This document shows, one piece after another, positions 26,826-40,534 of a stretch of DNA of 64,000 nucleotides; within the stretch, counting starts at the first letter, position 1, and each line of letters opens with the position of its first letter. The notes beneath the pieces were generated by a model that did no database searches, was not told the origin of the DNA, and worked only from the letters and a program-made list of their open reading frames with translations. This stretch comes from Eledone cirrhosa. Taxonomy: Eukaryota. The DNA lies in contig OZ024743.1 of assembly GCA_964016885.1 (NCBI GenBank), positions 15,438,001 through 15,502,000 on the forward strand, given 5' to 3'. A program made the translations under genes and the position numbers.

Positions 26826-29006
26826 GACAATAAACACAACAACGAGATAAAACAAAAACGAAGAACGTTGTAAATATAAAATATAGAGCCACTGAAATGA
26901 AAATATAGCAAAATAAAATAAGAAGACATTAACAGAAATAACATGAAAGTAGAGTGGGTGAAAAGTTGTCAACAATGTCAAAAGTCTCAAAAGCCGATCA
27001 CAAATATTTAAACCTAAAAAGAAATCAAATCTAGACAGCATCATATACAAAAATATCGCCTTCATCACAAGCACTACAACCCAACCATTCGACACCACCA
27101 TCACCGACATCATCCGAAACCACCACAAACACCACCAGTACCAGCAGCAGCAGTATTACCATCATCGTCATCAACAACATGACCAGCTCGTCATCATCAC
27201 CAACACGCTACTCCCAACCTCATTTCTTCTACAACTAACACTAACATTCTCGACAGTAACAAGAGTCGTATCTCTAACATCAACAGGAACAGTAACGAAA
27301 ATGTTTGCATTGAATAACAAACAAAAAAATATTAAAACCAGAAAAATAAATATAAACATGAACAACAACAATACTGTGAAGTTTCAAATAACTAAACAAG
27401 ACCAAGAAAAAATTTTAAAATTTACCTCTGCGCATAAAATCAGCATCATTTTCATCATCATTATCATTATCATTATCATTATCATGAACATGAGAAAAAA
27501 AGTAAGATCAACAACAAAAGAAACAACTGCATGATCAATAATATCAGGTGCAATACTATCAACAGAAATAACTACAGCAACAGTAACATGAACAACATGT
27601 AGCGCATCAAATATAGCAGCAACATTAGCAACAACAAACCAAGACAAAATAAAAGCATGTATATAATAGGAAAAGGAAGCAGAAAAGCAACGTTAATGTA
27701 TATGAGATTCACAAAAATAACCTCAACAAAGGGGAAACATGAACAGTAACAGAAACAACAACAATGCAAAGACGAAAATGAGAATACTAAAAAATATCTT
27801 CGTAATATCATAAGCAACAACAGCAAAATAACAAATAAATGATACATCCTCCATCAGTTTCGATGAGGAGCATACAGTTGTTTCACCAACTAAATCACTA
27901 CAAAAGTGACTGAATAATCTATATATGTTGTTATTGAATAGTTCAATATAAAATATTATACTCACTACATGTCTGAAAGTTAGTCAATTATTTAGTCCCA
28001 CGTGAGACCGAGCAAGTTTGATAAATGTTCTTCAAGCTTAACTACAATGCATCCTTCTTTGAAAAATGTAGTATGGTATATTTTGGTATAAATCATAACA
28101 AACAAGCTCGTTAGTTATTCTCAAAGAAGTTGTATTATAAACTGTATGTTTCACAGCATAATGTGTTAGATAAAATCTAGCATGCCTAATTATTATGCAA
28201 ATAACCTACTAAAAATTAAAAAAAGTTGAGAGAACATCTTTTTTTTTTTTCTTATTGGGTAATCATTCATAAAAAATCGTAACTTGGCTTAAAAAATCAT
28301 GAGATATGTTAGCTGACGCTCCAGCCATCAATCAAACAAAAGTCGAAAGAAATCATTGGTGTCTGCTGTTTGATGTTTGGGATATATCATATTTGAGAAA
28401 TGTTGGAAGTTATGCATAAACTACTAGTAAAACATACCACTATCCTATTTTTTAAAATCTGATCGAAAATGATAGTTCCAACGCCACTTTGCTCATTGTG
28501 AATCAGACATTGTTTTGGAATACGAAGTTCCTGCATCAATAAATGTTTAAAAGAATCATATTAACCATGCAATGATTGATTATATTCTTCTGACATACTC
28601 TGAAATCTTAGCATTCAGTTCCAAGTATTGGAAACTGATCGGACAGCAAAGTTTATTCAAGTTATTATCCTATCGTGGAGTTACAAAATTAGATAAACTA
28701 AACCAGCAACTCAAATATTATATTGTTATTAGCAATATTGTAAGGAAGGACCAAAATAATTATTTAAAATTTTCAAAGCCGCTCGGACAATTTCAAAGAC
28801 TCAATATGTGCAACGACTTAGAGTTTCCCATCAATTATACTCTGAACAAATGTGCTAACAGAAATATGAACATCAAGGCAAATGAACAGCATCAACTCGA
28901 TTCTCATCAAATCCGTGATGCTGCGGCCTACCTATTGTTGAGATTATTATTTTTGATACTGGACCTATAAATCTCAGTCTCTTATTTTTGAAAGTAGAAC
29001 TAATAA

Positions 29007-29188
29007 CTGTTTCTACTTTTGGCACAAGGCCAGCAATTATCCCAGTTTATTACTGGTACTTTATTTTATCGAACCCGTAAGGATGAAAGATAAAGTGAAC
29101 CTCGCCGGGATTTGAACTCAGACCATAAAGGGCCGTAACACTTTGCTGCAAAGCATGGCGTCCGACCCTCTACCGATACTGTCAACCC
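29007..29188 (-). mobile_element. SINE family 1 with 14-bp TSD
   Basis: Reverse complement of the family; direct repeat AGTAGAACTAATAA at 28993-29006 and 29189-29202. Confidence 0.88.
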
Positions 29189-29490
29189 AGTAGAACTAAT
29201 AAAGTCGAATAGTTTTCAAGCCGTAACCGAATGACAAACAAATAACATCACAAGAAGTCTGCTGATAGGCCCCAGATTGATTAGATTAAAGCATGGCATA
29301 TCGATATGACTTTGGCTATCTTCTATATCGTATATCATATTCATGAGGGATAGCCATTCTACAATAAAATATCAAACTTTGCACGAGCAGCTAAATGCCT
29401 CTCAAATCACACAATACATTCTGAAAATAGGACACACTATATAGTAACGTTCTGGCTTACCTGCTCATAGAAAGATAAACGGATTGTAAT

Positions 29491-29812
29491 GTTTCTTCTT
29501 CTACTCCCTCTCCTTCTTCTTCTTCTTCTTCTTCTTCTTCTTCTTCTTCTTCTTCTTCTTCTTCTTCTCATTCTTCTTCTTCTTCTTCTTCTTCTTCTTC
29601 TTCTTCTTCTTCTTCTCTTTCTTCTTCTTCTTCTTCTTCTTCTTCTTCTTCTCTTTCTTCTTCTTCTTCTTCTTCTTCTTCTCCTTCTTCTTCTTCTTCT
29701 TCTTCTTCTCCTTCTTCTTCTTCTTGTTCTTCTTCTTCTTCTTCTTCTTCTTCTTCTTCTTCTTCTTCTTCTTCTTCTTCTTCTTCTCATTCTTCTTCTT
29801 CTTCTTCTTCTT

Positions 29813-29843
<31 letters not shown>

Positions 29844-29952
29844 TTCTCATTCTTATTCTTTTTCTTCTTCTTCTTCTTCTTCTTCTTCTTCTTCTTCTTC
29901 TTCTTCTTCTTCTTCTTCTTCTCATTCTTCTTCTTCTTCTTCTTCTTCTTCT

Positions 29953-29999
<47 letters not shown>

Positions 30000-30002
30000 T
30001 TC
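29491..30002. repeat. ~510 bp interrupted (TTC)n/(GAA)n tract
   Basis: Direct reading; source of the spurious poly-R/K/L/F ORFs. Confidence 0.97.
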
Positions 30003-31325
30003 AAAACTGTAGAGTGCATGTCGGGGATCACCTTCTGTCGAGTTGAATAACACCAGGTCGTCTGCAAATTACAGCCGCCGGTCATGATGCCAGTTTTAAC
30101 CCAGCTGCGGATGTCAATCCTGTTCATGTAAATATTGAACATGAAATGTGAATATACGCAGCCTTGGTGGATTCCGACCGCTACATTGAATGATATTGGT
30201 TTAGCACCATTTATCCGAACACAAAGACTCGGGAATTTGTATAGTGACATCAGGAAAACATGAAGATGGCCATCGATTCCATACACCTGTGGAACCTTCT
30301 TCAGCACATCTCGAAGACATGCCGCAGTGTGAATATTTTGTTGACTTCGCTGCGTCGAGGCAAAATCCGCACTGTCCATCAGCAAGCTCGGTCTCGATAA
30401 TCTTCCTGCATCTCTTTGTCCGACACTTACCATAGACGTTACCAGTGAGGCTTTAAAAGGAGATCCCTCTGTAATTGGAACAATCTCTCTTGTCTCCCCT
30501 TTTGAAAATTTGGATTATCCCTCCCAATTGCCATTACTTAGGTGCCTTTCCATAGATGCAAGCTACCCGGCACAAACGAGTCAGCCAGAGAGTTATTTCT
30601 CAATTTAAGGCTTTTAACATCCCTGGTCGGATATCATCTTCCCCAGCGGCCTTGTCACATGTGAGTTCTTTAACTGCTCTTTTGACCTCAGCATCTGCGA
30701 GACTGGTCCTTGCTCCCAGATGAACCTCGTGTACAACAGAATATGCTGTCGTGATCGGGTTTAGGAGATCAGCAAAGTATTCTTTCCACCTCACGAAGAT
30801 GCACCTCTCTGAAGAGAGTAGAACCTTTGATGCCGTCTTGATAGCAGCTGTGAAGAAATCAGTGGATGATCTGTCAGAACACTTTATTTGCTGATCTGAA
30901 GTCGGATTCCAGCTTAACCTCCAATTCATCCCATATCTTAACTTAGGACGCCTTTACTGACTGTTGCGATTCTTCGTGCCTGCTTATAACACGAGTGCTA
31001 GAAAGAGGTCTTGATTCCGAGCCAGGATTTGTAGGACTCCTTTTTGTGCACTCCTTCTTTCGCCCACAGCATTTAACAGTTGAATCAGAGAATGCTGTCT
31101 CAACGTCCTCAGTTCGCTCAGGGTGTTCTCTGAATTTAGATGCAGTGGAATCTGTATACCTGGTCCTGACTTCCTTCTCCACCAATGATTCCCTCTTTAT
31201 CCTGTAGATCCTGGACCAGTCAGCTTTGTGGGCCTCTTTTGTCTTATGTAGTCTCAAGTTTCAGATAACCAGATTGTGATCAGATGAGAGTTCGATCCCT
31301 TTCTTAACAGAAACATCCAGCACAG
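30003..31325 (-). mobile_element. RTE-clade LINE internal fragment (end of APE domain to RT)
   Basis: Minus strand: ELSSDHNLV, RWKEYFADLLNP, KAAGEDDIRPGMLKAL, VGIHQGCVYSHFMFNIYM, FADDLVLF; ends abruptly at the (GAA)n tract. Confidence 0.8.
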
Positions 31326-32390
31326 AATGGAAGAGATCAGCGACATTAACAAAATAAATTATTGTTCTCTGTCTCTGATACCCCTTATACCATGTATATT
31401 TATGTATGTCTCTGTGCTGGAAAACGTTTTTGCTCGTAGGGTTGACATGGCGCTAAAACCAACAACAGCAAGTGCATCAACAACAAAAGCAACGAGGCAA
31501 ACTAAGCCCTTCACAATAGGTAAAGTTACTAGAAATGGATAACAAATTCTGCTTAATTCATACCATGCTCTCTTGAAGTAAGATATGACACTCTGAAAGG
31601 AGGGGGCTAGACATTCTTGAAATGTCTTAAATTATAGATTATTTCCATAAGCTTTGACTTCGTATTAAACATGAAAAATTACCAGAAAAATGAATAGTGA
31701 TATTCATAGAAATAGAATCAGCTACAGCACAAACAATAACATCTTCAAGAATAGCGGAAACAGTAAATAAAATAAAATATAGCAGCAATAAATAAAATAT
31801 ATAAAAAGAAAAATCAGCACAACAACAATAACAACAATGTGCAGTACTACATCAGAAACAGGAATATCAAAACCAATGATTACTGCTAGAGTAACATTAA
31901 AAAATTCCAGCAGAAATAAATGAAACATCAACAGCAACTACAGTAACCTTAGCAAGAACACCAAATATATATGTAGCAACAGAACTAGTAATAAGAGCAT
32001 AAAAAAGCAAAAATAATAGTTATACAAATTAAGGCATATCAGAGGGCTGCATACATAGGAATATGAACAAGAAAAGTAATTCTAATAGAAATGAACAACT
32101 GGAAACAGCATAAACAAGATAAATACCAACACCAAGAACAACAATAACAATAATACAATGTACGAATGGAAAACTATTTAAATGAGGTAAACACGATATA
32201 ACAACAACACATAAATGCATAAGCCAGTGCATATGAAAAGAAATAAGATAAGCAAAGACAACGAGCAACAACAAGAATAGCGAAAACAAACAATACTAAA
32301 TATATCTGCAATAACCACAAAAATATAATATAGCAGTATCAACAGCAAAAAAAAAGAAATAATAAATAATAAAAAAAATAATAATAATAA

Positions 32391-32567
32391 TTGTTTCTAC
32401 TTTTGGCACAGGTCCAGAAATTACCAGTGTATTACTGTTACTTTATTTTATCGACCCCGTAAGGATGAAAGGCAAAGTTAACCTCGGCGGGATTTGAACT
32501 CATAATGGCAAGGACCGTAACTCAATGCGTCAAAGCATGGCGTCCGACCCTCTACCGATACTGCCAA
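32391..32567 (-). mobile_element. SINE family 1 between (AAT)n tracts, next to the Tx1 3' end
   Basis: Reverse complement of the family with (AAT)n on both sides. Confidence 0.88.
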
Positions 32568-32579
32568 AATAATAATAAT

Positions 32580-35500
32580 GCTTTCTTTATTAACCACAAA
32601 GGTTTATACAAAGTAAGACATTAAGGACAATACTGGACAATATAGGACGGTACAAATGGGCATTTCTGAGCGTAAAAAAACAAAAGCAAAGCGTTCCATC
32701 TCGGTCTTCGCTTGACCCAGGACTGCAGCTCCGTCAAGGAGACGAGCTGGGGAAAGACGCATCTGGCAAAAGGCGACCACACCTGATCACCGTTGAGGCA
32801 GAGGTTGAGATGTCGTAGCTAGAGAGCGTGTCATGCCCAGCCATCCACGTAGCGGGTGTTGGCAGCAGATGGACCGCCTGACCATCGGAGCGCGTCCCTT
32901 CCACAATAAGTGAAAGAGCAAACGCTTCATCGCAGATAGGCGAGGCTTAGGACAAGGCACGACGGCCAGGCGGTAGTAGATGCCGGGCGCGATGTACGCA
33001 TTCGCGACCTCCGCTCGACCATTCAGGGATAGCTTCCTCTCTGACCATTTCTGAGTGAGAGAAGCCACCCTGCTCGTCACCTCGTCCAAGATTTTGTCCG
33101 TCTGGAGGTCTGGACTGAACAAGACACCTAGCAATTTAACCTGTACGTCCGTCCAGCGGCCGATGACGTTTGGCGTTTGACACCACTACGGTGACATCGT
33201 CTGCATATGCTGACACGGATATTATGCATCCCAGTTCGCGCGGAACCCCACGAAACGTCTCCAGTTTGTGCAGTATTGGCTCGAGAGTCAATACGTACAA
33301 CTTGGACGAGGGAGTACATCCTTGGCGAACTGAGCGCATGATGTTGAATGGTTCCGAAAGCTGCCCGTTCACTCTCACCACAGCAGATGCTGCTGTGCAT
33401 GGCAGCGATCCAGCCTCTGAAGACGGGCGCAAAGCCAGCCGCACTCAGGACTGCCGCCAGTTAACGATGGGCGACCCTATCGAAAGCTTTCGACTGATCT
33501 AAGTTGATCAACGACTCACCCGTGCCAGGTTCCCTAGCTACCCTCTCCACGATGTATCGCATGAGGTGGAGGTTGTCGTGGATGGATCTGTCTTGGATGG
33601 CGCATGTCTGCGCCTCTCCCACCAGACCACCAACGACAAGCGTCAGCCTCTTTGCTAGCACCTTGTCCAAATCTTGAACTCTGTGTTTAACAGAGATATG
33701 GGCCTGAAATTATCTATGTTATCCCCCTTGTTCGGATCCTATCTCAGCAGTGCCACCACTCCTCGGCTCACACAGCTGGGAATTCTGCCGTTCTGTTGCC
33801 AGTTGCAGTAGACGTCCGCCAAGAGGTCTCCGAACAAGTCTGGCATGGGTACGTAAAGTTCGTAGGGCAACCAGTCATTGCCTCCCGTACTTCAGCGGCT
33901 GTTATCGGCTTTCCTCAACACTCCGCCTCAGTGGCCGAGAGCCGCGGCAGGCCGTCGAGGTAGGCACTAAAGTCCATCCCTCGATCCGGCCCGCCGCTGC
34001 TCCCGAACAGCTGGCGAAGTGTCGCTAAAAAGCTTCACTCGTTTTCCCTGGATCGAGTAGCATGCGCCCGTCGTGCCACGACGCGCCTCCGCCACTTGGG
34101 CCCATTGAACGGTTTCCGTCCCCTTGTGTCTGAGAGCACGCACCCTAGCTCTGAAACGCCTTTGTGCATTGCATTGAAGAATTGGTCGAGGGCCAATTTC
34201 GGCGCAAGTACGCCGGTCGCGAAGCATTTACGAAGCGCCTCGTCTAATTTTCCAACTAGTTTTCCCCCTGCTCTATTTTTCTCTATTGGTAACGCCTTAC
34301 TAAACCTAATGGACTCTATTCTAAGCAAACCACCATTTGTTGTTGACTATGGTCCCCGTCCACGCCCGCATAGTTAGTTCGCTAATCCGGTCTCTGTAGG
34401 CCTGGCGCACTGTTAACGACACGTTTAGCTTCCAGTAGCCGGGTCCCTGTCTATGAAGCCTCTCTAAGTCAACCTCACCATGTAGTCGATTATTTTGAAT
34501 TGTGGACAGCCTATGCTAGACCTATCTATTTCCTTACAAAATACCCTATCTAGATATGATCTGGTTGACCCTATGCGGTTTGTCCATTACCACATTGGCA
34601 CATTAGAGAAATCCGGACGGTACCTGTCAGACAGTTGAAACCGTCTGAGCAGGTTTGCGAGACTTTTACAAACTCCTCCCTTATGCGCTAATCCCACACA
34701 GTCCCAGCGTGCATCTAAGATCCCGTTCCAGTCACCCACTAATACTAAAGAGAGGGACGTTCCAAGAAAGGTCTCCAGACGCCGGAACAAATCAGGCCGC
34801 CCTGCTCCTGTCGGAGCATAGATGGCCACTAGCCTGACAAATTTCCCGTGTCCGCTGGTCACGTCCAGCACCACCAACTTACCTTCTGGGTCCAGGAAGA
34901 TGGCCCATTTAGCGAGATCCAAGCCTCTCTAAAGAAGCACGGCAACTCCTCCCCCCGATCCAGGACGGCTGGGAGATGCGTATACATCGTAGCCGCCGAA
35001 GATCGGTGCGAAGGCTCGTGCTTCGGAGATTCTGGTCTCGCTGATGGCCACCACATCTATGTTTAGTGACCTGAGATCGTTGAGCAGGTGGCCCTGCTTC
35101 TATGACGACCCCAGGTCACGCGCATTTATGCTGCCTATTCTGAGTAAAGTCATGTTGAAAAGGAGTGGAAAAAGTTGGGAAAGACCACTTGTGGAGGAAC
35201 GATGGTCTTTCCTTCCACCCCACGCTTTGTAGCCCCCTCAGGAGAGGATGTCTTTATAAATCCTCCTGGAAAGTTATTGTCGGAAGTCTCCGATATCCTT
35301 GAGGAAATTTAATTTTAGTGTCCTGTATCTTTTCTGAGTGATGCGAGTGATTTGTATGTGTGGGCGTGGTGTGAATTTTCGGGGTGTTGTGTAGTCTTTT
35401 TCTGTGATACTGGTGTTGTGTTGGATGTAGTGTAATAATTGGTTGTAGTTCAAATTTAATTGTTTCTACTTTTGGCACAAGGCCAGCAATTAACCCAGTG

Positions 35501-37468
35501 CATTACTGGTACTTTATTTTAGTTCAAATTGTAGTTCAAATTGTAGTTCAAATTGTAGTTCAAATTGTAGTTCAAATGTAATGCTGTGTAGTGTGTATCG
35601 TTTTGGTTGCTTGTTTTTTTACGTTTGTTGTGTTTGTTTCTGTTTCGCTTGTTGGTGATTTTTGTCGTGTTGGTGTTAATGATGGTGATGATGTTGGTGT
35701 TTGTGGTGATGGAGCTGGTGATGCTGGTGTGTGTGGTGACATAGCTGTCCTAACTTTTTGTTAGTTTGTTTCACCCTGCCTTTTGTTTTTGGAGAGCGAA
35801 GGAAGAGGATTTTTTCTCTTTTGTTTTTTTTCGTTTTTCCAGATACAGTTTCCCACTCCTCTTCGTCGTCACAATCTGTCTCCAGTTGCGGGAGGTCGGG
35901 GAGTGGACAATCCTCCACAGCCGTTGGTTTTGGTTGTGGCGTGGTGGATGGTGGAAGCGCTGGTGCTGATTCTGGCGCGGTGGGTGGTGGTGGTGGTTTT
36001 GCTACTGTTGCTGCTTCAGTTGCTGGGATTGTTGCTGCTACAATTGCCCCTGTTGTTGCTACTACAGTTGTTGCTACCATTTATGCTGCTGGTTTTGATG
36101 GTTGAGTCACTGGGGTGGGCAGGAGATGTAGCCTCAACGTTTTAGCCTGTGGGAAGAAAGACTTTAGGTGGGTTCCATCGCCACAAATGACACACGTACG
36201 CCTTCTACCCTTAACGATTACGGTAAGGTGGATACCGTCATTGAGGTCTATCACCCCTGGACTTGTCTGTATGTGCTTTGGGTCGGCTTGGATCAGGAGC
36301 GCCATCCCAAATCTGGACCAGTTCTCCTGCCTTACTTTTATCACCTCAATTACTTTAGTGTCTGCCTCGATGCCGGTGAGGACGGCAGCCATTAGCCAGG
36401 GAATTTCAATGGCCGGCGGAAGCTGGGTCACCCTGATCCTTACCAGCCTCTGACCACCATAGCTTGGGACGAGTGTGAACTCGTCACATTTTAATGGGGC
36501 CATGGAGTGCAATATGGCTTCCTGTGGGATTCCAAAGAACACGACCACGGTTCTATATTTTTGCCCACGTCTGATGTGGATATTTTGAGCCCACACATGT
36601 CCCAAAGCTTTTTGTATCTGGGACTCGGATGCCCGTTCCACTCGGTGTGTTTTAATGTTTATCGTGCGATATGACACTGTGCATAGGCGCTGATACTCCA
36701 TGGTATTAGAGGGGGGGCTGACCCTGTAACCATATTTTTTATCATTCGCTTGGCGTCAGTCAATTCTTCCTGGCTTACCTCAACCGTTTCATTTTTGTTT
36801 GCCGCTTTAGCAAACGACACATTTGGTTTTGCGCTGATGTTGTTGTTGTTATTGTTATTGTTGCTGTTGTTGTTGTTGTTATTCTTATTTTTAGTTTCAG
36901 TTGTGGTGGTGTCAGTGGCGTTCGGCGTGGAAGAATCCATTTCGATATCACGAGATAATAATTTATTTTTTGTTTCAGTTGTTGCTGTGGTGGTGGTGGT
37001 GGTGGTGGTGGTATCAGTGGTTTTGGTTGTTCTTTTTGACATTGTGGTGATGGGGATGGCGGCTTTAACACCTGTAGATATTGGTATTGGCGGGAAATCC
37101 ATGTCAGTATATGACAAATCTAAATAATTGCCACTGCTATTATTTATATTTCCAGTGTTGGCAACCGTAGCAAGGTTTACAATGGCGGTGGTTGGAGTTT
37201 AGTCTGTTAGAAACGCTGTCAGCAGATTTTGGTAGCTGAAAGCCGTCCATGTTTTATTTCAAAGAAATCTTTTGTTTGATAAATATAAAGTTTAAATTTT
37301 GGGCCCAAGGCGCCAATATTATTGAGTGCCTTTTCAGAAGGCAATATATGTGAACAATATATTATAAACACTAACAAGAAAAATTTTCCATAACTGGCAA
37401 TTTGAAACAACTGAAAACAACAAACATTTGTGGAGCTCACGATAATACGATTTCCTACGCAGGTCGCC
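32580..37468 (-). mobile_element. Tx1-clade LINE copy 1 (intact 5' end, internal deletion in ORF2 3' part), decayed
   Basis: 5' end GGCGACCTGCGTAG next to (TTA)n; ORF1 pieces 37117-35254 with zinc-knuckle-like CVICGDGTH; ORF2 APE (SINARDL, VGDWN) and RT (LDQSKAFD, RQGC, YADD); 3' end CCTTTGTGGTTAATAAAGAAAGC(ATT)n. Confidence 0.88.
35461..35520 (-). mobile_element. SINE family 1 3' fragment inserted in Tx1 ORF1
   Basis: Absent from the paralogous site in Tx1 copy 2 (~47445-47465); flanked by TGTAGTTCAAATTTAAT and tandem repeats of its first 12 bp. Confidence 0.85.
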
Positions 37469-38543
37469 AATAATAATAATAATATCAAAAGTATGAAACA
37501 GATCGACAACAGGATGAGCAACAGCATCAACATAGGCAAAAGAAAAAAATACCATATTTTGAAACGTCTAAGAAACATACTTGATAAATAAATAGACAAA
37601 CTAACTGAAGCATTCGGCTACTTCTAGAACGATAAAACTGTTGCTGTTGGTGGTCGTCGTCGCTTGTTTGTGATTGTATGTTAGTAGTTGGTGATTTCAT
37701 CGTTTAGTGTTTGATATAATCCAATGATATTTGGTTGTCTAGATAACATATAGGAGAACGTATGGAAAATATCAGAGAAGAAGGCACAATGAATCTGAAG
37801 ATACAACGAAAATGTTCAATAGTAAATATGTGTATGCGTGTATGGGTATAAGTATGTATGATGCATATACACACACACACATATACAATGTCTCTCTCTC
37901 TCACTCTCTCTCTCTTTCTCTCTCTCTTATATATATATATATGTATATATATATATAAAAATGCAGAGATAAATAAATAAATAAATAAATATATATAGAG
38001 AGAGAGATAGATAGTGAGAGACGGAGAGGGAGCGAGGGTGGACGAAGACACATGCGTGATTTTGAGACTGGCAAAAATATGCAATTAAGAGAAATTAAGA
38101 GAAGTGTACTACTTTAATGACAACTTTCGTTAAAAAACTTTCTATGAAATAAATTTAATCGATGGATATAATTTGAGATATTCTTAAATTTACTTGAAAG
38201 TCGTATTCATTGGCATATAAATAGATCCAATCTATATGAACACAAGACAGTTTAAAGAACTATAACACTACTTTGAAGATGAAAGAACCACTGTGGCCAG
38301 CGAAGCCTATAGATTCAGCTTGAAATAATACCATTCACATCTGTTGCTTTCTCTATTTTCACACGCTACCTTTGGTTTAATTTAATAGTACAATTTTCTT
38401 TATTTCAACAGAATGCATACAAATAAACACGATTTATCGAAAGAATATATAGTAACAAATGAAATGAAAGTGCAAGAAGAGAGGGACTTTTAAACAAGCG
38501 CCACAATAATGTTGCATTTTTAGGCCAATTAATACACTCACAA

Positions 38544-38563
38544 AATTGCTGTGCATTGATAGC

Positions 38564-38605
<42 letters not shown>

Positions 38606-38626
38606 TCGCTATCAATGCACAGCAAT
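38544..38626. repeat. Short palindrome centred on (TA)n
   Basis: ATTGCTGTGCATTGATAGCGAATA-(TA)n-TATTCGCTATCAATGCACAGCAAT. Confidence 0.9.
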
Positions 38627-38733
38627 ATATATATATTTCGTTTCTGAATTTGTTTAGCAAGATTCTTTATCTGAAAACGTGTGTTGAAACCGATATTGTT
38701 ATACTTTGGGAGAACATGACCCTCCCAAAGTAT

Positions 38734-38780
<47 letters not shown>

Positions 38781-39524
38781 TAGATATATGTATGTATATA
38801 TATACGTATATATATATATATGAGTGTGTGTTTGTTCTCCGAACTTTTGCGTCATCCCACACAGATATCTGTTGACCTCACATTAGTGCAGGTCGCTGTT
38901 GTAACGATTGCATAATAGCTCCCAATGTCACAGACATACGATAATATATATTATTATGTTAGTGCACAGGGATCCCTTTTGAAATAATAGCATAAAATGT
39001 TAGTCGAGGGATCAGTTTGTAGAATTGAGCGTCGGACAAAATGAGTAATCAAGCAATGGAATTGATTTTTTACCAACTCTTTTTTTTCTGTCTATCTGTT
39101 TCGCTTCTTTTCTTTCTTTCTCCTCTCTGTCTCTATGTGTGTATATTACTTTCACACTCTGAGATTCAGTTTTGGGGCCCAGATGATAAATGAAATGAAC
39201 CATGGGATGGGTTACATTATTTTGTAGCCATATTAATGAAACCAATAGACGTTTTACAGAAGTAAAATAAACTCTATGGAAAACATATAAATGCTGTACA
39301 CTATTTCATTAAGTAAAAATGCAATGTAAATCTCAATAGAATTTGGAAATAGAAGTCGAGGAAACTAATAAAATATCGATTTCTTACATTGTCTCCCATT
39401 TACTATGTTTCTGGTCTCGTTCCAAAATTAGTAATCATAATTATTATAATCAAGATGATTAAAGCATCTAATACAAATTGGCAGTATATATGCCAATGAT
39501 ATTGTTTTAATACTAATAATAATG

Positions 39525-40520
39525 ATGATTTCTACACAAGGCCAGCAATTTGGGAGGAGGAGAAGTCGATTAAATTGACCACAGTGAGTTACTGGGGCTT
39601 TATTTGATCGACCCCGTTAGGTTGAAAGGCAAAGCTAACCTCGGTGAGATTTGAACTCAGAACATAATGGGGCATAACTCTATGCTGCAAAGCGTGGTAT
39701 CTGACGCTCTAACGATACTGCCAATCTACCGCCATAATAATAATTGTTTCTACTTTTGGCACACGCCCAGCAATTACTCAGTACATTACTGGTACTATAT
39801 TTTATCGATCCCGTAAGGATAAAAGGCAAAGTTAACATTTGAACTCAATCCGTAAAGGGGCGTAATTCTATGCTGGAATGTATGGCGTCCGACTCTCTAC
39901 CGATACTAAATAATAATGATAATTGTTTCTACATTAGGCACAAGGCCAGAAATTTGGGGGTTGAGAAAATCGCTTAAATCGAAACTAGTGTAACTAGTGG
40001 TACTTTATTTCATCGAACTCGTAAAGGTGAAAGGCAAAGTTAAACTTGGCGGGATTTGAACTCAGAACGTAAAGAGGCATACCTCTATATTGCAAAGCAT
40101 GGCGTGTGACCCTCTACCGATACTGCCAATCCACCCCCATAATAATTGTTGCTTCTTTTGGCACAAGGCCAGCAATTATATCAGTGTATTACTGGTACTT
40201 TATTTTTCGACCCCGTAAGGATGAATGGCAAATTTAACCTCGGCGGGATTTGAACTTAGAATGGCAAGGGCCGTATCTCTATACGTCAAAGAATGGTGTC
40301 CGACCCTCCACCGATACTGCACATCCACCGACCTATAATACAAATAATAATCATTGTTTCTATTTTTGGAACAAGGTCAATAATTACCCAGTACATTGCT
40401 GGTACTTTATGTTATCGACCCCGTATGGATGAAAGGCAAAATTAACCTCGGCGGGATTTGAACTCATACGTGGTCGATAAAATAAAGTACCAGTAATGTA
40501 CTGCATAATTGCTGGCCTTA
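39525..40520 (-). mobile_element. Head-to-tail array of five SINE family 1 copies plus one inverted fragment
   Basis: Units at ~39529-39733, 39743-39908, 39921-40138, 40145-40333 and 40352-40466, separated by short (AAT)n; + strand fragment at ~40472-40519. Confidence 0.9.
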
Positions 40521-40534
40521 ATAATAATAATAAT

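Noticed and set aside
29437-30433. Long poly-R, poly-K, poly-L and poly-F ORFs
   Set aside because: Translations of the (TTC)n tract; not genes.
39525-40520. Regularly spaced repeats resembling a CRISPR array or tRNA cluster
   Set aside because: Units are ~115-215 bp SINE copies with A/B boxes, no unique spacers, no cas genes and no cloverleaf.
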